This document shows positions 57,267-64,000 of a stretch of DNA of 64,000 bases, in pieces. The notes beneath the pieces were generated by a model, which did no database searches, had not been told where the DNA came from, and saw only the letters and a list, made by a program, of their open reading frames with translations. Within the stretch, counting starts at the first letter, position 1; every line of letters starts with the position of its first letter. Origin of the DNA: Fidelibacterota bacterium (lineage in GTDB: Bacteria > Fidelibacterota > UBA8477 > JABMPR01); assembly GCA_021734255.1 (NCBI GenBank), contig JAIPJM010000007.1, forward strand, positions 12,089 to 76,088, written 5' to 3'. A program made the translations under genes and the position numbers.

Positions 57267-58931
57267 ATGTGTGGAATAGTTTGCGCCTTTGACCTACAGG
57301 TTGAGTCCACGTCCCTGAGACGGCAGATCCTGGATATGTCCAAAAAGGTCCGCCACCGTGGACCGGATTGGTCTGGTATCTATTGCGGTGAACATGCAGT
57401 CATGGCTCATGAACGATTGGCCATAGTGGACCCCACTTCAGGTGGACAACCCCTATATAATATTGATAAAACCAATGTGCTGGCCGTCAATGGTGAGATA
57501 TACAACCACGAAGAGCTAAGGCAAACATGCCCTGACTTTCAATTCCAAACGGAGTCTGATTGTGAAATCATCCTGGCGCTTTATGAGAAGAAGGGCATCG
57601 ACTTTCTGGATGATCTGAACGGCATTTTTGCCTTCGCCCTGCATGATTCTGTAAATAATCGTTATCTCATCGCTCGGGACCACATGGGGATCATTCCGCT
57701 TTACATGGGGTGGGATACAGACGGAAATTTCTTTGTCGCCTCAGAATTAAAATCCCTTGAGGGTATTTGCAACAGGATCGAATCGTTCCCCCCCGGCCAC
57801 TATCTTTCCAGTGTTGATGGGGAGCTTAAGCAATGGTACGCTAGAGACTGGACAGATTACGCGGCCGTGAAGGATTCGACAACCAGCATAGACGCCCTGA
57901 GAACGGCCATGGAGGCTGCTGTACACCGTCAAATGATGTCTGATGTCCCCTACGGTGTTCTGCTTTCAGGCGGCCTGGATTCCTCAATCGTTTCAGCCGT
58001 GGCAAAAAAGTACGCAGCCATGCGGATTGAGAAACATGATCAGGAAAAAGCCTGGTGGCCGCGACTCCATTCATTTGCAGTGGGACTGGAAGGCTCGCCA
58101 GATCTGGCTGCTGCCCGTAAGGTTGCCGATCATATCGGCACGGTTCATCATGAGATCCTGTTCACCATTCAGGAAGGTCTGGACGCCCTGCATGATGTGA
58201 TCTACCACCTGGAGACCTATGATGTGACCACAGTCCGAGCATCCACACCCATGTACCTCCTGGCCAGAGCCATTAAATCCATGGGCATCAAGATGGTCCT
58301 CTCCGGCGAAGGTGCCGATGAGATCTTTGGTGGTTACCTGTATTTTCACAAAGCACCCAATGCCCAGGCATTCCACGAAGAGACCGTTCGAAAATTGAGT
58401 AAACTGCATCTTTATGATTGTCTCCGCGCGAATAAATCGCTGGCAGCCTGGGGCATCGAAGGGCGTGTCCCCTTTCTGGATAAAGAATTCATGGATGTTG
58501 CCATGCGCCTGAATCCTGAAGACAAGATGATCAACTCAGAGCGCATGGAGAAATGGGTTCTACGGAAAGCCTTTGAGGATTACCTCCCGAAGAGCGTGGC
58601 CTGGAGACAAAAGGAACAATTCTCCGATGGCGTGGGATACAGCTGGATCGATGAGTTAAAGGAAATGGTTGACAATCAGGTTTCGGATAAAGATATGTCC
58701 AATGCCAACTTCAAGTTTCCTGACAACACACCCCAGAATAAAGAAGAATATTTTTACCGTAGCATCTTTGAACAGCATTTTCCATCCGTCTCAGCAGCCC
58801 TGACAGTCCCCTCGGTACCATCAGTCGCTTGCAGTACACCTGAAGCTCTGGCCTGGGATGAGTCATTCAAGAACAATCTTGATCCCTCGGGACGGGCTGT
58901 CAGGCATGTTCATGATGATGCTTATGAATAG
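57267..58931 (+). CDS. asnB: asparagine synthase (glutamine-hydrolysing)
   Basis: 554 aa with MCGI (N-terminal nucleophile Cys) and SGGLDSS (PP-loop). Confidence 0.96.
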   Translation: MCGIVCAFDLQVESTSLRRQILDMSKKVRHRGPDWSGIYCGEHAVMAHERLAIVDPTSGGQPLYNIDKTNVLAVNGEIYNHEELRQTCPDFQFQTESDCEIILALYEKKGIDFLDDLNGIFAFALHDSVNNRYLIARDHMGIIPLYMGWDTDGNFFVASELKSLEGICNRIESFPPGHYLSSVDGELKQWYARDWTDYAAVKDSTTSIDALRTAMEAAVHRQMMSDVPYGVLLSGGLDSSIVSAVAKKYAAMRIEKHDQEKAWWPRLHSFAVGLEGSPDLAAARKVADHIGTVHHEILFTIQEGLDALHDVIYHLETYDVTTVRASTPMYLLARAIKSMGIKMVLSGEGADEIFGGYLYFHKAPNAQAFHEETVRKLSKLHLYDCLRANKSLAAWGIEGRVPFLDKEFMDVAMRLNPEDKMINSERMEKWVLRKAFEDYLPKSVAWRQKEQFSDGVGYSWIDELKEMVDNQVSDKDMSNANFKFPDNTPQNKEEYFYRSIFEQHFPSVSAALTVPSVPSVACSTPEALAWDESFKNNLDPSGRAVRHVHDDAYE

Positions 58932-59109
58932 AGCAAACAGCATATTGATTGAAGGTTGAGGCGTGACAGTGAAGAAGTATTTACTTCACTATGGGGAACT
59001 CGACTGATAAAACATGGATGACAGTGCCCTGGATTTCGGGCACAGCTCAAGCCACGAGCGTTAGGTTTACTAAGTTTATGGCGTTGACAAAAATTCAACT
59101 GGAAGAAAG

Positions 59110-59790
59110 ATGGAAAACCAAGATAATTTAACACATTACTACAATTTCAGCATTCTGACTATTGTTTTGATGATAGTGCTTATTCCTCTTCAAACGATCC
59201 TCTTTATTCTGTTCCCACATCCAACCACTATAAATGAATGGTTCACATTATTTAATAACTCTCCAATAATCGGTTTTATTGGTTTTGATGTATTCTATGC
59301 GCTTAGTAACATACTTATGGTATTATTTTACATATCGCTTTTTATACTCATCAGAGATAAAATTAATAACCTTACGATTTTTGCTATAATCTTGTCATTA
59401 GTAAGCATAACTATTTATTTCTCATCGAATCGCTTTATCGAGATGTATACCATTTCAGAGAAGTACTTTAAAGCTTCGACCGAAATGCAAAGAATATCAT
59501 TGATTGCTGGGGGCGAGTTGCTATTAAGTGTCTATAAAGGCTCATCTTATTTTATTTATTATGTGCTGAGTGGGGTGTCGTTGATTTTATTATTTACATC
59601 TTTTAAAAGGATTGACTTCTTTTCAAAGAAAACGGTCAGAGCAGGGATTATTTCTGGAATTCTAATGCTTGTGCCAGCGACTGTTGGAATCATAGGGATG
59701 GCGATGTCATTGCTCTCGCTCATTCCCTGGATTGTAACCTGCTTATTCTTGATAAGTGACCTAAACAGGAACAGAAACCTAGAGCGTTAG
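59110..59790 (+). CDS. hypothetical polytopic membrane protein (AT-rich gene)
   Basis: 226 aa with about 6 hydrophobic helices. It is visibly more AT-rich than its neighbours. No family is recognised with confidence. Confidence 0.6.
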   Translation: MENQDNLTHYYNFSILTIVLMIVLIPLQTILFILFPHPTTINEWFTLFNNSPIIGFIGFDVFYALSNILMVLFYISLFILIRDKINNLTIFAIILSLVSITIYFSSNRFIEMYTISEKYFKASTEMQRISLIAGGELLLSVYKGSSYFIYYVLSGVSLILLFTSFKRIDFFSKKTVRAGIISGILMLVPATVGIIGMAMSLLSLIPWIVTCLFLISDLNRNRNLER

Positions 59791-59813
59791 GGTGAAATTA
59801 TGGAGTTAAAACA

Positions 59814-60668
59814 ATGTTAAATAGACGAATCATAAGCCTTGTCCTCATCCTACTCATCGGTAGCTGTGGAGCCAAAAAAAGTACTGAATCAGAATATTTA
59901 GGTAAATTTAATATAGAAAGGGATCTGTACCTCGCCCATTTTGATTTGAAGACCGATGTAGATGACATTCATTCTGCAGCTGCCGTAGTAACTATGCTCG
60001 CAGATGAGCGATTTGACAAAGTAAACTACCATGCCGTTGCCGGGGCCTATGGGACCCAGGGTGGCGATTATGTTCCTGCCAATGACCTTTTCAAATTGGC
60101 CTTCGGGAAGCATTGGTCTGATGCCCATAGCGATTTCAATCAAGCGTTGGAGGAAGTCAGTTCACTGGCCACCAAAGTTATTCAAAAGGGTGGTAAAATC
60201 TGGATAGCAGACGGCGGACAATCAGACTTTTCTGCCGCTGTGGTCCGCGAGATCAAAGACCGTCTGCCTGATACCGATATCAAAAATGCAGTGCATATAG
60301 TTCAGCATGCTGACTGGAATGAGAAGGTAACCAGCCCAGCTGACCTTGCCTTTCTTAAGGAAGCTGCATCCTATCACAGGATTCCAGATGGAAATGGGAC
60401 TGGCAACGGTACACCAGGTTTTCGCAGTGATGAGCTCATCAATTGGCGGCAAAGCATAGATAATCCACGTCTGAAATCAATATGGGAGAAGGCTATTGAA
60501 ATAGCCAATGAATACAATGGTGTAGATGATCGCTATTTGAATGAATCGATCATGCAGGGAGGACTTGATTTCTCCGATGCATCCGAAACCACCTGGATAT
60601 TTGGATTCAACAATTTTGGGGATGCAAACGACTTCTTTCGGGAGTTTGCCACAAACATTTCACCTTAA
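59814..60668 (+). CDS. putative lipoprotein, weakly nucleoside-hydrolase-like
   Basis: 284 aa with a lipobox (LLIGSCG). The N-terminal acidic cluster HFDLKTDVDDIHSAA resembles the DxDxxxDD metal site of IU-nucleoside hydrolases. The assignment is tentative. Confidence 0.55.
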   Translation: MLNRRIISLVLILLIGSCGAKKSTESEYLGKFNIERDLYLAHFDLKTDVDDIHSAAAVVTMLADERFDKVNYHAVAGAYGTQGGDYVPANDLFKLAFGKHWSDAHSDFNQALEEVSSLATKVIQKGGKIWIADGGQSDFSAAVVREIKDRLPDTDIKNAVHIVQHADWNEKVTSPADLAFLKEAASYHRIPDGNGTGNGTPGFRSDELINWRQSIDNPRLKSIWEKAIEIANEYNGVDDRYLNESIMQGGLDFSDASETTWIFGFNNFGDANDFFREFATNISP

Positions 60669-60744
60669 CACAGCAATGCTGCGGACACCTTCAGCTGATG
60701 CCCCATGTCCGGGGTGAGTCGACGACGCCGCTACTTACCGGCCG

Positions 60745-61233
60745 TTAAAATTTAACCTTCTGGATCCTCTCGTGGGTCTCACTGACCTCTTTTATGGCCG
60801 CTGAGCCGTACCAGGGAAGTAATTCCATTCTCAGGCTACCAGCCTGAATGGCCGGATCCGTTTCAGTCAGGGCTTGCGCTTCTTCAATGGTGGCCACATC
60901 GAAAATATAGATGCCCCGCAGTTCCCCATCATTCAGAAAGGGACCCGCCAGAACGAGACTGCCCTCCTCTGCCATCCGCCGGATATTTTTCAAGTGTGCG
61001 CTCTGAAGTTCTGCTGCTTTTGTGGAATCAGGCTCCCTGTTCTCACCGGCATACAAAAAGGCGATGACATAGCGACTCATCCCATAATCGTCAGCGCCTA
61101 ACTCTTGAGCCAGCGCTGCATTGAAATCATTTTTCATACCTTCAGTCGGCTTAGACTGTAGCTGCTCAGCCTGTTGGGCACAGGCAGCAAGGATCACCAG
61201 AGTTACAGTGATTATGATGGGTCTTAAGTGCAT
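60745..61233 (-). CDS. YciI-like family protein with a lipoprotein-type signal
   Basis: 162 aa with a signal peptide (VTLVILAACAQ). The core (YVIAFLYAG..HLKNIRRMAEEGSLVLAGPF..GIYIFDVATIEEAQALTETDPAI) is YciI/dimeric alpha-beta-barrel-like. Confidence 0.6.
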   Translation of the reverse strand: MHLRPIIITVTLVILAACAQQAEQLQSKPTEGMKNDFNAALAQELGADDYGMSRYVIAFLYAGENREPDSTKAAELQSAHLKNIRRMAEEGSLVLAGPFLNDGELRGIYIFDVATIEEAQALTETDPAIQAGSLRMELLPWYGSAAIKEVSETHERIQKVKF

Positions 61234-61253
61234 AAATAATCCTTTTACGATTC

Positions 61254-62030
61254 TTAAATGTGAATGATGCCCTGCATATACAGAACTGCCTTGCCTGAGA
61301 TAAGCACTCTGTCTTCAGCCATCTCGCAGAGCACGATCCCGCCCCTGGCAGACACCTGTTTGGCGATCATCCGTTCCTTTCCCAGACGCTTACTCCAGTA
61401 AGGGATCAATTGAGTAAATGATGAACCTGTCACAGGATCCTCGTTGATGCCTTCATTGGGCGCGAAAAATCGTGAAACGAAATCATATCGCTCTGCAGGC
61501 GCGGTGATAGCAATGCCGCGCATATCCATGCTGCTCAGGTCCAGAAAATTCGGAACAGCTTTCTTGACAGAGATCTCATCGGGGAGAACAACCAGGTAAT
61601 CCTCTGATACGAGGCACTCCAGCGCATTGCCAAATGACCTGAGGATCTGATCAGGTATTTCACAGGGTCTGGCTGGTTGGGCCGGAAAATCCAGTTGGAA
61701 CCAGTCGTCTTTTTTCTGTACCCGTAGCAGCCCACTCCGTGATTGAAATTCGATCTGACTCCCCTTGTATCCCAATTCATCGAACAGGACATAAGCGGAT
61801 GCCAGCGTGGCGTGCCCACAGAGGTCTACTTCATTCAGAGGTGTAAACCAGCGGATCTGATATGCCTTTCCATCAGGGACAAAGAAAGCGGTCTCTGATA
61901 AATTATTTTCCAATGCAATGGCCTGCATCATTTCGTCCTGAATCCAGCTTTCCAGGGGGATCACTGCGGCAGGATTACCTTCGAATGATCGTTCCGCAAA
62001 TGCATCGACCTGGTATAGTGTCAATTCCAT
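61254..62030 (-). CDS. PhzF-family isomerase
   Basis: 258 aa; LYQVDAFAERSFEGNPAAV..SETAF..CGHATLA. Confidence 0.88.
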   Translation of the reverse strand: MELTLYQVDAFAERSFEGNPAAVIPLESWIQDEMMQAIALENNLSETAFFVPDGKAYQIRWFTPLNEVDLCGHATLASAYVLFDELGYKGSQIEFQSRSGLLRVQKKDDWFQLDFPAQPARPCEIPDQILRSFGNALECLVSEDYLVVLPDEISVKKAVPNFLDLSSMDMRGIAITAPAERYDFVSRFFAPNEGINEDPVTGSSFTQLIPYWSKRLGKERMIAKQVSARGGIVLCEMAEDRVLISGKAVLYMQGIIHI

Positions 62031-62151
62031 GATTCACTCCTTCATATCCGACTGCTCCCACACATTATACACCACCCCGAAGGGGTCCCGCACATAGCAA
62101 TCCTACTTACTCATGCCACCGTATCTTTTTTTGACAAGCAATCCGTGGGGT

Positions 62152-63216
62152 TTACAGCCACTTCTTTCTCCTGAAATATCCCAGCATGATACCACCGACA
62201 ACCAAGAGCACACCCCAGAAGACAAAATAGCTGTAACGATATTGGAGTTCAGGGAGGTACTCAAAATTAGTTCCATAAACGCCAGCGATAAATGTCAGTG
62301 GAATAAATATGGCAGCAAAGATCGTCAGCACCTTCATAATGTCATTCATTCGATTACTGACCACTGAATTATAGATATTGAGTTGATCTGATAACATATC
62401 ACGGTAATTGTCTACTGTTTCAAGCGCATGGGTGACATGATCCTCCAGATCACGGTAAAAGGGTATGTTCTCACTGTGGAGCAGATCATTGTCACTTTTG
62501 ATCATATTCTGAACTGCTTCTCTGATGGGGCGGATGGATTTGCGCAGGTAGATCATCTCACGTTTATAATCATTTATCTCCTCCATGATATCAGGTGTTG
62601 GATCAGACAGGATGCTGACTTCCAATTCTTCGATCATTTCCCCCATACGCTCTATGATGTAATTATAATTATCAACGATCACATCCATGAGTGCGTAGGC
62701 CAGATAATCCACCCCGGAAACGCGAATCCGACCCTTCTGACGGCGAATTCTGTTTCGAACCGGCTCAAATACATCCCCTCTCTGCTCCTGGAAAGTGAGA
62801 ATAAAATTCTTCCCGAATACCATACTTACTTGCTCAGCTTGAATGCGATGAGAGGATTCATCATAGGCAAGCATCTTCATAACGATGAATATCATGTCGT
62901 CATATAAAACGATCTTTGGTCGTTGGCCTGTATTCAGTATGTCATCTACCAGAAGTGGATGGAATTCAAATGAGCTGGCGATATTTTTCATCAGATCGAT
63001 ATCATGGATTCCATCTATATTTATCCAGGATACCGTTTTTGTACTGATCAATACTTTCAGGCTCGCTGAATCCGTTATCTCCTTTTCGGTCAGCTGTTCC
63101 AATTCATAATCGATCAGGCGGATCCGTGGTTCCTCCTCTTTTTGACTCCCCACGAAAACAAAGGACCCGGGTCCCAGACCGACTCGCTTGTCAGTTTTTT
63201 TATGAAATCTAGCCAT
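62152..63216 (-). CDS. corA: CorA-family divalent cation transporter (signature reads GTN, not GMN)
   Basis: 354 aa. The C-terminus reads IFIPLTFIAGVYGTNFEYLPEL followed by the final TM helix and a basic tail. Confidence 0.88.
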   Translation of the reverse strand: MARFHKKTDKRVGLGPGSFVFVGSQKEEEPRIRLIDYELEQLTEKEITDSASLKVLISTKTVSWINIDGIHDIDLMKNIASSFEFHPLLVDDILNTGQRPKIVLYDDMIFIVMKMLAYDESSHRIQAEQVSMVFGKNFILTFQEQRGDVFEPVRNRIRRQKGRIRVSGVDYLAYALMDVIVDNYNYIIERMGEMIEELEVSILSDPTPDIMEEINDYKREMIYLRKSIRPIREAVQNMIKSDNDLLHSENIPFYRDLEDHVTHALETVDNYRDMLSDQLNIYNSVVSNRMNDIMKVLTIFAAIFIPLTFIAGVYGTNFEYLPELQYRYSYFVFWGVLLVVGGIMLGYFRRKKWL

Positions 63217-63232
63217 TACACGTCTCCTTCGC

Positions 63233-63463
63233 TTATGCTAATACCCGTTTTTGCTCAATGGTAGGCATGACCATGATGTCAAATACGATCCCCATGATTC
63301 CAACCCAGGTAAGAGTATTTGGATCATCCACGATCCAGAAGCTGGCCCAGAGTCCGGCAGCCTCATACACGCCACCGACATGGTAGAGAACAACGAGTAG
63401 AATCGTGACCGTTCTCAGCTTGTCCAGCCATATTAAACGATGCGAGTTCTGTTCCATGCTCAT
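63233..63463 (-). pseudogene. N-terminal remnant of an acyltransferase-3 family membrane protein
   Basis: 76 aa. RLIWLDKLRTVTILLVVLYHV...FDIMVMP matches the start of acyltransferase_3 proteins (normally over 300 aa). It stops right after the MP, where LFF..SG would follow. Only 16 nt separate it from corA. Confidence 0.45.
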
Positions 63464-63468
63464 CTCTC

Positions 63469-64000
63469 CTATTCGCTGTAGGGCAAGCTGATATATAGCT
63501 CACCCAGCATGTTCAGTTCACCTGGGTCACTGTCAAATAAGTTACTGTAACGGTTCTCCGCCCCGCGCCCGATAAACCAGGCATAGCGAAACACATCATC
63601 GCGTGTTTCGCAGATATGGACCATCTCAGTCATCTGAGCGGCATGTTTGATATAGGAATCTATATTGGCATTCCAATTGGCCATCTCAGTGATCCATATC
63701 TGTTTTCCATATTTCTGCAGTCTGTCAAGCTGTGATTCCAGACCATAATCATACCAATGAAACGCCAGATAATCGATGAGGGGATCCTCACCATTATGAG
63801 CCAGATGATAGGCGTCATAAAATGCATCCAGCCAGACAACAGGATCTGAGTAATTAGCGAGCGTCCCCCAGTTCATGGCTGGTCCAACCAACGCGACCGT
63901 CCTGCCTTCGTCTGCCAGTTCATCAATGAGAGTCTCGTATTTTACCCACTCCGTGGCAGCCTGCTCAGGGGACATGTTCAGCTGGTCCGTCAGGTTTGGC
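63469..64000 (-). CDS. glycoside hydrolase catalytic-core family protein (C-terminal part; gene continues beyond the right edge)
   Basis: The reading frame stays open upstream of the track ATG (..PNLTDQLNMSPEQAATEW). AFHWYDYG and IWITEMANW resemble the Glyco_hydro_cc (GH-A clan) family, with the nucleophile Glu in ITE. Confidence 0.65.
   Translation of the reverse strand, partial: PNLTDQLNMSPEQAATEWVKYETLIDELADEGRTVALVGPAMNWGTLANYSDPVVWLDAFYDAYHLAHNGEDPLIDYLAFHWYDYGLESQLDRLQKYGKQIWITEMANWNANIDSYIKHAAQMTEMVHICETRDDVFRYAWFIGRGAENRYSNLFDSDPGELNMLGELYISLPYSE

Overview
This 64-kb bacterial chromosomal window is almost entirely housekeeping. I count about 66 protein genes and 3 tRNAs, over 90% of them on the minus strand, often joined by overlapping start/stop codons (ATGA, GTGA, TAATG).

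Gene order, read in the minus-strand transcription direction (high to low coordinates):
- partial glycoside hydrolase, acyltransferase remnant, corA, phzF-like, yciI-like
- a plus-strand island: asnB plus two AT-rich accessory genes
- SLC13 permease with four RCK_C domains, transglutaminase-like lipoprotein
- yicC-gmk-rpoZ-udg-dnaB-relA/spoT-HU-ruvX-lnt
- two hypothetical envelope proteins, ecfT-truA-htrA-psd-pssA-small membrane protein-tatA
- batA-batB-batC-batD-batE, SPOR protein, yebC-ruvC-ruvA
- plus-strand metallophosphoesterase/beta-propeller fusion
- gcvT-ftsK-lolA-like-flippase-like
- plus-strand small Cys-rich protein and a membrane protein
- tRNA-Val-thrS-infC-rpmI-rplT-pheS-pheT-zapB-like-zapA-rny-folD
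- a repeat array, then tRNA-Arg(CCG)
- crp/fnr-like, Trx-fold protein, PAP2 phosphatase, liaF-like
- 450 nt of structured non-coding DNA, then tRNA-Arg(CCT)
- TPR/YfgM-like protein, rimP-nusA-infB-rbfA-truB-ribF-rpsO-pnp

Gene content (lnt, LolA-like, BatA-E, SPOR, TatA, RNase Y) indicates a diderm bacterium. The lineage cannot be assigned without a database search.

I see no mobile element, CRISPR array, toxin-antitoxin pair or defence system, and no convincing novel multi-gene system.

The most unusual features are non-coding:
1. Four tandem ~130-nt units, each re-starting with the first 12 nt of tRNA-Arg(CCG), sit directly upstream of that tRNA.
2. A hairpin-rich orphan region of about 450 nt lies at 9121-9574.
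3. Terminator-like hairpins are placed in series upstream of rimP-nusA-infB.
4. tRNA-Val ends 11 nt before the thrS start codon.

Three genes the ORF track truncates or omits were recovered by hand: pnp (runs off the window edge), infC (ATC start) and ruvC (CTG start).
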